DNA of 64,000 nucleotides from Escherichia coli (GTDB lineage Bacteria; Pseudomonadota; Gammaproteobacteria; Enterobacterales; Enterobacteriaceae): NCBI RefSeq assembly GCF_030013595.1, contig NZ_CP122768.1; one strand, 5' to 3'. Shown piece by piece: positions 53,726 to 64,000 of this stretch (position 1 is its first letter; each line of letters starts with the position of its first letter). The notes under the pieces were generated by a model. It saw only the letters and a program-made list of their open reading frames with translations, ran no database searches and was not told where the DNA came from. The position numbers and the translations under genes were made by a program.

Positions 53726-54722
53726 GCCCATCGTTTTTAGTGGCGCACAGCCCTCAGGTGAATTGACCATTGGTAACTACATGGGTGCGCTGCGTCAGTG
53801 GGTAAACATGCAGGATGACTACCATTGCATTTACTGTATCGTTGACCAACACGCGATCACCGTGCGCCAGGATGCACAGAAGCTGCGTAAAGCGACGCTG
53901 GATACGCTGGCCTTGTATCTGGCTTGTGGTATCGATCCTGAGAAAAGCACCATTTTTGTTCAGTCCCACGTGCCGGAACATGCACAGTTAGGCTGGGCAC
54001 TGAACTGCTATACCTACTTCGGCGAACTGAGCCGCATGACGCAGTTTAAAGATAAATCTGCGCGTTATGCCGAGAACATCAACGCTGGTCTGTTTGACTA
54101 TCCGGTGCTGATGGCTGCGGACATCCTGCTGTATCAAACTAATCTGGTGCCGGTGGGTGAAGACCAGAAACAGCACCTGGAACTGAGCCGCGATATCGCC
54201 CAGCGTTTCAACGCGCTGTATGGCGATATCTTTAAGGTGCCAGAGCCGTTTATTCCGAAATCTGGCGCGCGCGTAATGTCGCTGCTGGAGCCGACCAAGA
54301 AGATGTCCAAGTCTGACGATAATCGCAATAACGTTATCGGCCTGCTGGAAGATCCGAAATCGGTAGTGAAGAAAATCAAACGCGCGGTCACTGACTCCGA
54401 CGAGCCGCCGGTAGTTCGCTACGATGTGCAGAATAAAGCGGGCGTTTCCAACCTGCTGGATATCCTTTCTGCGGTAACGGGCCAGAGCATCCCGGAACTG
54501 GAAAAACAGTTCGAAGGCAAGATGTATGGTCATCTGAAAGGCGAAGTGGCTGATGCCGTTTCCGGTATGCTGACTGAATTGCAGGAACGCTATCACCGTT
54601 TCCGCAATGACGAAGCCTTCCTGCAACAGGTGATGAAAGATGGCGCTGAAAAAGCCAGCGCACACGCTTCCCGTACGCTAAAAGCGGTGTACGAAGCGAT
54701 TGGTTTTGTGGCGAAGCCGTAA
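53718..54722 (+). CDS. trpS: tryptophan--tRNA ligase
   Basis: 334-aa ORF; class I synthetase motifs including KMSKS. Confidence 0.95.
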
Positions 54723-54737
54723 TTTAACATTAATGCC

Positions 54738-54764
54738 AAAAACCGGGGAAACCCGGTTTTTTTA
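54738..54764 (+). terminator. intrinsic terminator after trpS
   Basis: Hairpin aaccggg-gaaa-cccggtt followed by a T-run of seven directly after the trpS stop. Confidence 0.65.
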
Positions 54765-54881
54765 TCCTCATTTGCAATAATCCGAAAAAATGTGAAGCGT
54801 CTCGCCGTTTCCACATCTCGCAGTTGCCACTTATCTTCATTTTTATGAAGATATAAATATTCACTTTATTGAAAATTTACT

Positions 54882-55787
54882 ATGCGTCGAACGTTTATCA
54901 AAAAAGAAGGCGTCGTCATCACGACACTGGCCCGTTATTTGTTGGGTGAAAAGTGCGGTAATCGACTGAAAACCATAGATGAACTGGCAACTGAATGCCG
55001 TTCATCCGTTGGCCTGACGCAGGCCGCGTTGAAAACGCTGGAATCAAGCGGAGCGATACGGATAGAACGCCGTGGGCGTAATGGCAGTTATCTGGTGGAA
55101 ATGGATAACAAAGCATTGCTGAGTCATGTGGATATCAACAATGTGGTGTGCGCGATGCCCTTGCCCTATACCCGTTTGTACGAAGGCCTGGCGAGCGGAT
55201 TGAAAGCCCAATTTGATGGCATTCCTTTTTACTATGCGCACATGCGCGGCGCGGATATTCGCGTGGAGTGTCTGCTTAATGGCGTGTATGACATGGCGGT
55301 GGTTTCCCGACTGGCGGCGGAAAGTTATCTCACGCAAAAAGGGTTATGCCTCGCGCTGGAGCTGGGGCCGCACACCTACGTTGGCGAGCACCAGTTGATT
55401 TGCCGTAAAGGCGAGTCCGCAAACGTGAAGCGCGTGGGGCTGGATAACCGTTCGGCGGATCAGAAAATCATGACCGATGTCTTTTTTGGCGATAGTGATG
55501 TGGAACGTGTCGATCTCTCTTATCACGAGAGTTTACAACGCATTGTTAAAGGCGATGTCGATGCGGTTATCTGGAACGTGGTGGCGGAAAACGAACTGAC
55601 CATGCTGGGATTAGAAGCGACGCCGCTCACAGACGATCCGCGATTTTTACAGGCCACCGAAGCCGTGGTTTTGACGCGAGTCGATGATTACCCGATGCAA
55701 CAATTGCTGCGTGCAGTTGTTGATAAACAGGCCCTGCTTGCCCATCAACAACGAGTGGTCTGTGGGGAACAGGAACCCAGTTATTAA
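54882..55787 (+). CDS. yhfZ: putative transcriptional regulator YhfZ
   Basis: 301-aa ORF recognised as YhfZ; first gene of the yhfZ–yhfS cluster. Confidence 0.85.
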   Translation: MRRTFIKKEGVVITTLARYLLGEKCGNRLKTIDELATECRSSVGLTQAALKTLESSGAIRIERRGRNGSYLVEMDNKALLSHVDINNVVCAMPLPYTRLYEGLASGLKAQFDGIPFYYAHMRGADIRVECLLNGVYDMAVVSRLAAESYLTQKGLCLALELGPHTYVGEHQLICRKGESANVKRVGLDNRSADQKIMTDVFFGDSDVERVDLSYHESLQRIVKGDVDAVIWNVVAENELTMLGLEATPLTDDPRFLQATEAVVLTRVDDYPMQQLLRAVVDKQALLAHQQRVVCGEQEPSY

Positions 55788-55803
55788 ACCAAAGGCATCT
55801 GAA

Positions 55804-56166
55804 ATGGAAACCAGACTCAACCTGCTTTGCGATGCAGGCGTTATTGATAAGGACATCTGCAAAGGCATGATGCAGGTCGTCAACGTACTGGAAACAGAGT
55901 GTCATCTACCGGTGCGCAGCGAGCAAGGAATGATGGCGATGACACATATGGCGAGCGCACTGATGCGCAGTCGCCGTGGTGAAGAAATAGAGCCGCTGGA
56001 CGCCGAATTGCTGGCAGAACTGGCGCAATCCAGCCACTGGCAAGCCGTTGTGCAATTGCATCAGGTGTTGTTGAAGGAATTTACACTGGAAGTTAACCCG
56101 TGTGAAGAAGGCTATTTGCTGGCCAACCTTTATGGATTATGGATGGCTGCTAACGAAGAGGTTTGA
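55804..56166 (+). CDS. yhfY: uncharacterised protein YhfY
   Basis: ORF track 55684..56166; start at METRLNLLCDAGV gives 120 aa. Confidence 0.8.
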   Translation: METRLNLLCDAGVIDKDICKGMMQVVNVLETECHLPVRSEQGMMAMTHMASALMRSRRGEEIEPLDAELLAELAQSSHWQAVVQLHQVLLKEFTLEVNPCEEGYLLANLYGLWMAANEEV

Positions 56167-56249
56167 AGCTCCCGACAAATCCACGTCGCACAACCTAAAT
56201 ATTCAAAAAAATGAATATTTAATTCAAGGAACAGAAACGAGGCAACAAG

Positions 56250-57413
56250 ATGTTTGTAGAAGCATTGAAACGCCAGAACCCGGCGCTAATTTCCGCCGCA
56301 CTAAGCTTGTGGCAAAAGGGCAAGATCGCCCCGGACAGCTGGGTGATCGACGTGGATCAGATACTGGAAAACGGTAAGCGGCTGATTGAGACGGCGCGGC
56401 TTTACGGCATTGAACTGTATCTGATGACCAAGCAGTTTGGTCGTAATCCGTGGCTGGCGGAAAAACTGCTGCCATTAGGCTACAGCGGCATTGTGGCGGT
56501 GGATTACAAAGAGGCGCGAGTCATGCGCCGCGCCGGTTTGCCGGTGGCGCATCAGGGGCATCTGGTACAAATCCCTTGTCATCAGGTTGCTGACGCCGTT
56601 GCACAGGGCACCGACGTCATCACCGTGTTTACTCTCGACAAAGCGCGGGAAGTTTCTGCGGCAGCGGTGAAGGCCGGACGTGTCCAGTCTGTGCTGCTAA
56701 AAGTTTATAGCGACGCTGATTTTCTTTATCCGGGGCAGGAGAGCGGTTTTGCCCTCCAGGTGTTGCCGGATATTGTCGCCGAAATCCAGAATCTGCCGGG
56801 GCTACATTTGGCGGGACTTACCCATTTCCCTTGCCTGCTTTGGGATGAGGCTGCCAGGAAAGTTTTGCCGACACCGAATCTTCACACGCTGGTACAAGCA
56901 CGGGATCAACTGGCGAAATCTGGTATTGCGATTGAGCAACTGAATGCGCCTTCAGCGACCAGTTGCACTTCGCTGCCGATGCTGGCGCAATACGGTGTGA
57001 CTCATGCCGAACCCGGTCATGCGCTGACGGGCACTATTCCGGCAAACCAGCAGGGCGATCAGCCTGAACGTATCGCGATGCTTTGGTTAAGTGAAATTTC
57101 CCACCATTTCCGTGGCGACAGCTACTGCTACGGCGGCGGTTACTACCGTCGTGGTCACGCGCAACATGCGCTGGTGTTTACGCCAGAAAATCAAAAGATT
57201 ACTGAAACCAATCTCAAAACTGTGGATGACAGCAGTATCGACTACACCCTGCCGCTGGCAGGCGAGTTTCCGGTAAGCAGTGCAGTAGTGCTCTGTTTTC
57301 GCACGCAGATTTTTGTCACCCGTAGCGATGTGGTGCTGGTGTCTGGTATTCATCGTGGCGAACCGGAAATCGTCGGTCGTTATGACAGCCTCGGCAACCC
57401 TCTGGAGGCGTAA
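56250..57413 (+). CDS. yhfX: uncharacterised alanine-racemase-fold protein YhfX
   Basis: 387-aa ORF recognised as YhfX. Confidence 0.85.
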   Translation: MFVEALKRQNPALISAALSLWQKGKIAPDSWVIDVDQILENGKRLIETARLYGIELYLMTKQFGRNPWLAEKLLPLGYSGIVAVDYKEARVMRRAGLPVAHQGHLVQIPCHQVADAVAQGTDVITVFTLDKAREVSAAAVKAGRVQSVLLKVYSDADFLYPGQESGFALQVLPDIVAEIQNLPGLHLAGLTHFPCLLWDEAARKVLPTPNLHTLVQARDQLAKSGIAIEQLNAPSATSCTSLPMLAQYGVTHAEPGHALTGTIPANQQGDQPERIAMLWLSEISHHFRGDSYCYGGGYYRRGHAQHALVFTPENQKITETNLKTVDDSSIDYTLPLAGEFPVSSAVVLCFRTQIFVTRSDVVLVSGIHRGEPEIVGRYDSLGNPLEA

Positions 57414-58640
57414 ATGGCGCGATTTGTGGTGTTAGTGATTGATAGCTTTGGCGTAGGGGCAATGAAAGATGTCACGTTGGTGCGTCCGCAGGATGCCGGG
57501 GCGAATACCTGTGGTCACATCCTGAGCCAGTTGCCGCATTTGCAGCTATCAGCGCTGGAGAAGCTGGGGCTAATCAACGCATTGGGTTATGCACCAGGTG
57601 ATATGCAACCGTCAGATTCCGCAACCTGGGGGGTGGCAGAACTGCAACATGAAGGTGGCGATACCTTTATGGGGCATCAGGAAATTTTAGGCACGCGTCC
57701 GTTACCACCGCTGCGGATGCCTTTTCGCGATGTGATTGACCGTGTTGAGCAGGCATTAGTTTCCGCTGGCTGGCAGGTTGCGCGCCGTGGCGAAGAGTTA
57801 CAGTTTCTGTGGGTCAATCAGGCGGTTGCGATTGGCGATAATCTCGAGGCGGATTTAGGCCAGGTCTATAACATCACCGCCAATCTCTCTGTGATCTCCT
57901 TTGACGACGCAATCAAAATTGGTCGTATCGTGCGTGAGCAGGTACAGGTCGGTCGGGTCATTACATTTGGTGGCCTGTTAGCGGACAGCCAGCGCATTCT
58001 CGATGCCGCAGAAAGTAAAGAAGGGCGATTTATTGGTATCAACGCGCCGCGTTCTGGCGCTTATGACAACGGCTTCCAGGTCGTGCATATGGGCTACGGC
58101 GTCGATGAGAAAGTACAAGTGCCGCAAAAACTGTATGAAGCGGGCGTGCCAACCGTGCTGGTGGGTAAGGTGGCGGATATCGTCAGCAATCCTTATGGCG
58201 TGAGCTGGCAAAACCTGGTGGATAGCCAGCGGATTATGGATATCACCCTCGACGAATTTAACACGCATCCGACGGCGTTTATTTGCACCAATATCCAGGA
58301 AACCGACCTCGCTGGTCACGCGGAAGACGTCGCACGTTATGCCGAACGTTTGCAGGTCGTTGACCGTAACCTTGCCCGGCTTATTGAGGCGATGCAGCCA
58401 GATGATTGCCTGGTCGTGATGGCGGATCACGGTAACGATCCGACCATTGGTCACAGCCACCATACCCGCGAAGTGGTGCCAGTGCTGGTTTATCAGCAAG
58501 GGATGGTCGCTACGCAGCTCGGTGTGCGCACCACGCTTTCTGATGTGGGGGCTACCGTATGTGAAGTTTTCCGCGCGCCACCGCCACAAAATGGTCGCTC
58601 TTTTCTTTCCTCCCTCCGGTTTGCAGGAGACACCCTATGA
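57414..58640 (+). CDS. yhfW: phosphopentomutase-like metalloenzyme YhfW
   Basis: 408-aa ORF recognised as YhfW; starts 1 bp after the yhfX stop. Confidence 0.85.
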   Translation: MARFVVLVIDSFGVGAMKDVTLVRPQDAGANTCGHILSQLPHLQLSALEKLGLINALGYAPGDMQPSDSATWGVAELQHEGGDTFMGHQEILGTRPLPPLRMPFRDVIDRVEQALVSAGWQVARRGEELQFLWVNQAVAIGDNLEADLGQVYNITANLSVISFDDAIKIGRIVREQVQVGRVITFGGLLADSQRILDAAESKEGRFIGINAPRSGAYDNGFQVVHMGYGVDEKVQVPQKLYEAGVPTVLVGKVADIVSNPYGVSWQNLVDSQRIMDITLDEFNTHPTAFICTNIQETDLAGHAEDVARYAERLQVVDRNLARLIEAMQPDDCLVVMADHGNDPTIGHSHHTREVVPVLVYQQGMVATQLGVRTTLSDVGATVCEVFRAPPPQNGRSFLSSLRFAGDTL

Positions 58641-59515
58641 GTTTTGATCCGACGGGTTACACCCTCGCCCATGAGCATCTGCATATTGATCTCTCCGGCT
58701 TTAAAAACAACGTGGACTGCCGCCTTGATCAGTATGCGTTCATTTGCCAGGAGATGAACGACCTGATGGCCCGGGGCGTGCGTAATGTGATTGAGATGAC
58801 CAACCGTTACATGGGGCGCAATGCGCAATTTATGCTCGATGTAATGCACGCGACGGGGATCAACGTGGTGGCCTGCACCGGTTATTACCAGGACGCGTTT
58901 TTCCCGGAACATGTGGCGACCCGCAGCGTGCAGGAACTGGCGCAGGAGATGATCGATGAAATTGAACAGGGTATCGATGGCACGGAACTGAAAGCCGGGA
59001 TCATCGCGGAGATCGGCTCCAGCGAAGGGAAGATTACGCCGCTGGAAGAGAAGGTATTTATTGCCGCCGCGCTGGCACATAACCAGACCGGACGCCCGAT
59101 CTCCACGCATACGTCGTTCAGCACGATGGGGCTGGAGCAACTGGCTCTGTTGCAAGCCCACGGGGTTGATCTTTCGCGCGTCACCGTTGGTCACTGCGAT
59201 CTGAAAGACAACCTCGACAACATTTTGAAGATGATCGATCTCGGCGCGTATGTGCAGTTCGACACCATCGGCAAGAACAGTTACTACCCGGACGAAAAGC
59301 GCATTGCGATGCTCCACGCGCTACGTGACCGTGGTTTGCTGAACCGCGTCATGCTGTCGATGGATATTACGCGCCGCTCCCATTTAAAAGCCAACGGTGG
59401 TTATGGCTATGACTATTTATTGACCACCTTTATTCCGCAATTGCGCCAGTCAGGATTCAGTCAGGCCGATGTGGATGTGATGTTACGTGAAACTCCCTCT
59501 CAATTTTTCCAATAA
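58637..59515 (+). CDS. php: phosphotriesterase homology protein
   Basis: 292-aa ORF recognised as Php; amidohydrolase-type His motif (HEHLHID); overlaps yhfW. Confidence 0.9.
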   Translation: MSFDPTGYTLAHEHLHIDLSGFKNNVDCRLDQYAFICQEMNDLMARGVRNVIEMTNRYMGRNAQFMLDVMHATGINVVACTGYYQDAFFPEHVATRSVQELAQEMIDEIEQGIDGTELKAGIIAEIGSSEGKITPLEEKVFIAAALAHNQTGRPISTHTSFSTMGLEQLALLQAHGVDLSRVTVGHCDLKDNLDNILKMIDLGAYVQFDTIGKNSYYPDEKRIAMLHALRDRGLLNRVMLSMDITRRSHLKANGGYGYDYLLTTFIPQLRQSGFSQADVDVMLRETPSQFFQ

Positions 59516-59525
59516 GGACAGACTC

Positions 59526-59879
59526 ATGAAAAAGATTGGTGTTGCAGGCTTACAGCGTGAGCAGATTAAAAAAACCATTGAAGCGACGGCTCCTGGCTGT
59601 TTTGAAGTTTTCATTCACAACGACATGGAAGCGGCAATGAAAGTGAAATCCGGGCAACTGGATTACTACATCGGCGCGTGTAATACCGGTGCGGGCGCGG
59701 CATTGTCGATTGCCATCGCGGTGATTGGCTATAATAAAAGTTGCACCATTGCCAAGCCGGGCATTAAAGCGAAAGACGAACATATCGCCAAAATGATCGC
59801 CGAAGGGAAAGTGGCGTTTGGGCTTTCCGTTGAGCACGTCGAACATGCGATTCCGATGCTGATTAACCATCTGAAATAA
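59526..59879 (+). CDS. yhfU: uncharacterised protein YhfU
   Basis: ORF track 59487..59879; start at MKKIGVAGLQ gives 117 aa. Confidence 0.8.
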   Translation: MKKIGVAGLQREQIKKTIEATAPGCFEVFIHNDMEAAMKVKSGQLDYYIGACNTGAGAALSIAIAVIGYNKSCTIAKPGIKAKDEHIAKMIAEGKVAFGLSVEHVEHAIPMLINHLK

Positions 59880-59890
59880 AAGGCACGACT

Positions 59891-61195
59891 ATGGATCTGT
59901 ATATTCAGATTATCGTGGTGGCGTGCCTGACGGGTATGACATCGCTTCTGGCGCATCGCTCGGCGGCCGTTTTTCATGACGGTATCCGCCCGATCCTGCC
60001 GCAACTGATTGAAGGCTATATGAACCGTCGCGAGGCGGGGAGTATCGCTTTTGGTCTGAGCATTGGTTTTGTGGCCTCGGTGGGGATCTCGTTTACCCTG
60101 AAAACCGGGCTGCTCAACGCATGGTTACTCTTTCTTCCTACCGATATCCTCGGCGTACTGGCGATAAACAGCCTGATGGCGTTTGGTCTTGGCGCTATCT
60201 GGGGCGTGTTGATCCTTACTTGCCTGTTGCCGGTAAACCAGCTGCTGACCGCGCTACCGGTGGATGTATTAGGTAGCCTGGGGGAATTAAGCTCACCGGT
60301 GGTTTCAGCTTTTGCACTGTTCCCGCTGGTGGCGATTTTCTACCAGTTTGGCTGGAAGCAAAGTCTGATCGCCGCCGTGGTGGTACTGATGACCCGTGTG
60401 GTGGTAGTGCGCTATTTCCCGCATCTCAATCCGGAATCCATCGAAATCTTTATTGGCATGGTGATGCTGCTGGGGATCGCGATAACTCACGACCTGCGTC
60501 ATCGTGATGAAAATGATATTGATGCCAGCGGGCTTTCGGTGTTTGAAGAACGCACGTCGCGGATTATCAAAAACTTACCGTATATCGCCATCGTGGGAGC
60601 GCTGATTGCCGCCGTTGCCAGCATGAAGATTTTTGCTGGCAGTGAAGTGTCGATCTTCACACTGGAGAAAGCATATTCCGCAGGCGTAACGCCGGAACAA
60701 TCACAAACGCTGATTAACCAGGCAGCTCTGGCGGAATTTATGCGCGGGCTGGGTTTTGTACCGTTGATTGCCACCACCGCGTTAGCCACTGGTGTGTATG
60801 CAGTTGCGGGCTTTACCTTTGTTTATGCGGTGGGCTATCTCTCGCCGAATCCGATGGTTGCAGCGGTATTAGGCGCAGTGGTTATTTCGGCGGAAGTCTT
60901 GCTGCTTCGTTCGATCGGCAAATGGCTGGGACGCTACCCGTCGGTACGTAATGCGTCGGATAACATCCGTAACGCCATGAATATGCTGATGGAAGTGGCG
61001 CTGCTGGTCGGTTCGATTTTCGCAGCAATTAAGATGGCGGGTTATACCGGATTCTCTATCGCAGTTGCCATTTACTTCCTCAACGAATCCCTGGGCCGTC
61101 CGGTACAGAAAATGGCGGCACCAGTCGTAGCCGTAATGATCACCGGTATTCTGCTGAATGTTCTTTACTGGTTTGGCTTGTTCGTTCCGGCTTAA
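59891..61195 (+). CDS. yhfT: putative inner-membrane transporter YhfT
   Basis: 434-aa highly hydrophobic ORF recognised as YhfT. Confidence 0.85.
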   Translation: MDLYIQIIVVACLTGMTSLLAHRSAAVFHDGIRPILPQLIEGYMNRREAGSIAFGLSIGFVASVGISFTLKTGLLNAWLLFLPTDILGVLAINSLMAFGLGAIWGVLILTCLLPVNQLLTALPVDVLGSLGELSSPVVSAFALFPLVAIFYQFGWKQSLIAAVVVLMTRVVVVRYFPHLNPESIEIFIGMVMLLGIAITHDLRHRDENDIDASGLSVFEERTSRIIKNLPYIAIVGALIAAVASMKIFAGSEVSIFTLEKAYSAGVTPEQSQTLINQAALAEFMRGLGFVPLIATTALATGVYAVAGFTFVYAVGYLSPNPMVAAVLGAVVISAEVLLLRSIGKWLGRYPSVRNASDNIRNAMNMLMEVALLVGSIFAAIKMAGYTGFSIAVAIYFLNESLGRPVQKMAAPVVAVMITGILLNVLYWFGLFVPA

Positions 61196-61206
61196 GGAAG
61201 GCACCT

Positions 61207-62292
61207 ATGAAGACGTTTCCTCTGCAAAGCCTGACGCTTATTGAGGCGCAGCAAAAGCAGTTTGCGCTGGTGGACAGCATTTGTCGTCATTTTCCCGGGA
61301 GCGAGTTTCTTGCTGGCGGTGATTTAGGCTTAACGCCGGGGCTAAACCAGCCGCGCATTACCCAGCGTGTGGAACAGGTGCTGGCTGATGCATTTCACGC
61401 ACAGGCCGCGGCGCTGGTGCAGGGCGCGGGTACTGGCGCGATTCGTGCGGCGTTGGCGGCTTTGCTCAAACCGGGGCAGCGTCTTCTGGTGCATGACGCG
61501 CCTGTTTACCCGACGACTCAGGTCATTATTGAGCAGATGGGGCTGACGCTTATCACTGCTGATTTCAATGACCTGTTGGCACTGAAGCAGGTTGTCGACG
61601 AGCAACAACCAGATGCCGCGCTGGTGCAGCATACGCGCCAGCAGCCGCAGGACGGGTACATTCTGGCAGATGTGCTGGCAACGTTGCGCTCGGCTGGCGT
61701 TCCTGCATTAACCGATGACAACTATGCGGTGATGAAAGTGGCGCGAATTGGCTGCGAATGCGGGGCAAATGTCTCGACTTTTTCCTGCTTCAAGCTGTTT
61801 GGGCCGGAGGGTGTTGGCGCGGTGGTAGGTGATGCCGATGTTATTAGTCGGATTCGCGCCACGCTCTATTCCGGCGGCAGCCAGATTCAGGGCGCTCAGG
61901 CGCTGGAAGTCTTGCGTGGGCTGGTGTTTGCGCCAGTGATGCACGCGGTGCAGGCGGGGGTATCTGAACGGTTGCTGGCTTTGCTTAACGGCGGCGCGGT
62001 GGCGGAAGTGAAAAGCGCCGTCATTGCCAATGCACAGTCGAAGGTATTGATTGTGGAGTTTCATCAGCCGATTGCCGTCAGAGTGCTGGAAGAGGCGCAG
62101 AAACTCGGTGCCTTGCCTTACCCGGTTGGTGCAGAGTCGAAATATGAAATCCCGCCGCTCTTTTATCGACTTTCCGGAACGTTTCGCCAGGCGAATCCGC
62201 AGTTAGAACATTGCGCGATTCGCATTAACCCAAATCGCAGCGGTGAAGAGACGGTGCTGCGGATTTTGCGTGAGAGTATTGCCAGTATTTAA
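61207..62292 (+). CDS. yhfS: putative aminotransferase-like protein YhfS
   Basis: 361-aa ORF recognised as YhfS. Confidence 0.85.
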   Translation: MKTFPLQSLTLIEAQQKQFALVDSICRHFPGSEFLAGGDLGLTPGLNQPRITQRVEQVLADAFHAQAAALVQGAGTGAIRAALAALLKPGQRLLVHDAPVYPTTQVIIEQMGLTLITADFNDLLALKQVVDEQQPDAALVQHTRQQPQDGYILADVLATLRSAGVPALTDDNYAVMKVARIGCECGANVSTFSCFKLFGPEGVGAVVGDADVISRIRATLYSGGSQIQGAQALEVLRGLVFAPVMHAVQAGVSERLLALLNGGAVAEVKSAVIANAQSKVLIVEFHQPIAVRVLEEAQKLGALPYPVGAESKYEIPPLFYRLSGTFRQANPQLEHCAIRINPNRSGEETVLRILRESIASI

Positions 62293-62398
62293 TCTTGTGC
62301 ATGATGTTTTCGAAAAGAATGCAGAAATAAATACGCCCTCGGGTAACCCCGAGGGCGTCAGGCAATTAAACCGGTGTTAGCCGATTTCTGTCAGAGAC

Positions 62399-62566
62399 TT
62401 ACTGTGCAGTAGGACCGCAACCGCCAATGATTTTAGAAATAGAAATTGCCGGGTGCAGCAGGTAGTCGTAAGAGCAGTTCTTATCACGGTTTTCAATATG
62501 ACCAGTACATGCAGTTAACGTAGCCAGTACTGCGCCTACCAGTGCAACTTTAATAAATTTGTTCAT
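62399..62566 (-). CDS. yhfL: small lipoprotein YhfL
   Basis: 55-aa ORF below the track length cut-off, read from the minus strand: MNKFIKVALVGAVLATLTACTGHIENRDKNCSYDYLLHPAISISKIIGGCGPTAQ; lipobox LTAC. Coordinates approximate. Confidence 0.75.
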   Translation of the reverse strand: MNKFIKVALVGAVLATLTACTGHIENRDKNCSYDYLLHPAISISKIIGGCGPTAQ

Positions 62567-62812
62567 TTACATTCCCTATGTATTATATATTAATTAATAT
62601 TCATTGATTATATGAATATAAGCAGACTGCTCATTAAGAACGATACAGGAATATTTAATTAGCGTCAGTGAGTGAATGGCTTAATTTTGTAAGTCGCTGT
62701 AACGGTGAATATAACCCATTAGCAGATAATATTTATTAAGGGGTTATGTTTTATTTGCTGAATATATAAAAAGAGTCATTAAGAAGGCCAGAATTCTCTG
62801 GCCCGGGTTACA

Positions 62813-64000
62813 TTAATGGTTGGAGAACCAGTTCAGTTTATCGCGCAGGCCAACAACACGACCAATAATAATTAGCGATGGACTGTTCATTTGCTGCGCC
62901 AGTTCGCCCAGCTGTGTGAGCGTACCGTCAATCACGCGCTGCGTGACTGCTGTTCCGTTTTCGACAATTGCCACCGGCATTTCGCCAGGCATACCGTGTT
63001 CAATCAGCTTTTGCTGAATAGTCGCAGCCTGATTCAGCCCCATATAGAACACCAGCGTTTGTTTTTCTGCCGCCAGGTTTTCCCAGTCCAGCTCGCCACC
63101 AGTTTTTAAGTGTCCGGTAATTAAGCGCACGCTCTGGGCATAATCGCGATGCGTGAGCGGAATACCCGAATAGGCAGAGCAACCAGAAGCTGCGGTAATA
63201 CCCGGAACCACCGAGAACGGAATACCCGCGTTGCACAGTGTTTCCAGCTCTTCTCCGCCACGCCCGAAAATAAACGGATCGCCGCCTTTCAGACGCACCA
63301 CGCGTTTACCTTTTTGCGCTTCCCGCAGCAAGATCTGGTTAATCTCTTCCTGCGGTACGCAGTGGTATCCCGCGCGTTTGCCGACGAAAACGCGATCAGC
63401 ATCGCGGCGTACCAGATTCATAATATCGTCAGAAACCAGACGGTCGTAGACCACCACATCAGCCTGCTGAATTTGTTGCAGACCTTTCAGTGTCAGCAGT
63501 CCGGCATCGCCCGGACCTGCACCAACCAGCACCACTTCACCGCGATGGTCGAGCGGTTCGTTGATTAACTGTTCGGTGGTTTCAGTAATGGCTTTCTGAT
63601 CGTTGTTGGCCAGCGACTGCGCCAGGCGGTCGTTAACGAACAATTTCTCCCAGAAACGGCGACGCTCACCCATCGTGGCGAACTGTTGTTTCACTCGCCC
63701 GCGTAATTGCCCGGCGTATTTCGCTACCTGGCCCAGATGTAACGGCAGCTGTGATTCGAGTTTTTCGCGCAACAGGCGCGCCAGAACCGGAGAGGTGCCG
63801 CCAGAGGATACCGCGACCATGAGCGGTGAGCGGTCAATAATCGACGGCATAATAAAGCTGGCGGCTTTCGGCGCATCGACCACGTTACAGAAGATGCGAC
63901 GAGCTTCAGCGGCTTCACTGACGCGCTGGTTAAGCGCGTCATCATCCGTCGCAGCAATTGCCAGCCAGCAGGTGTCGAGAAGGCTTTCATCAAATGGCCC
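62813..64000 (-). CDS. cysG: siroheme synthase CysG, 5' end beyond the window
   Basis: ORF track 62813..63883 from an internal Met; the same frame stays open to 64000 and reads …[14 protein letters not shown]… typical of the CysG N-terminal region; a hairpin ggccagaattctctggcc follows the stop. Confidence 0.9.
   Translation of the reverse strand, partial: GPFDESLLDTCWLAIAATDDDALNQRVSEAAEARRIFCNVVDAPKAASFIMPSIIDRSPLMVAVSSGGTSPVLARLLREKLESQLPLHLGQVAKYAGQLRGRVKQQFATMGERRRFWEKLFVNDRLAQSLANNDQKAITETTEQLINEPLDHRGEVVLVGAGPGDAGLLTLKGLQQIQQADVVVYDRLVSDDIMNLVRRDADRVFVGKRAGYHCVPQEEINQILLREAQKGKRVVRLKGGDPFIFGRGGEELETLCNAGIPFSVVPGITAASGCSAYSGIPLTHRDYAQSVRLITGHLKTGGELDWENLAAEKQTLVFYMGLNQAATIQQKLIEHGMPGEMPVAIVENGTAVTQRVIDGTLTQLGELAQQMNSPSLIIIGRVVGLRDKLNWFSNH

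Overview
This window is a largely core Escherichia coli chromosomal segment, syntenic with the K-12 cysG–trpS–dam–aroKB–hofMNOPQ–mrcA–igaA–hslOR–pck–envZ/ompR–greB–feoABC–bioH–gntT–malQPT–rtcABR–glpRGE/glpD region in reverse orientation. Gene identities come from my own recognition of the translated ORFs and their lengths, not from a database search. Four things depart from the K-12 layout and are the most interesting content: (1) a three-gene fimbrial (chaperone-usher family) set at 66–2479 with no usher gene inside the window; (2) an IS200-type insertion sequence (Y1 transposase TnpA) between envZ and pck; (3) an in-frame amber codon truncating hofM, while the downstream frame stays open up to the usual TGATG overlap with hofN; (4) a small Rpn C-terminal-domain-like ORF downstream of rpnA (yhgA), broken by an in-frame stop. 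The fructoselysine frl operon that sits between yhfL and yhfS in K-12 is absent. I found no rRNA, tRNA, CRISPR array or prophage. I did not see a clearly novel multi-gene system; the fimbrial trio and the Rpn-derived small ORF are the best candidates for follow-up. Coordinates I derived by reading the sequence myself (hairpins, operators, small ORFs) may be off by a base or two; coordinates taken from the ORF track are exact.
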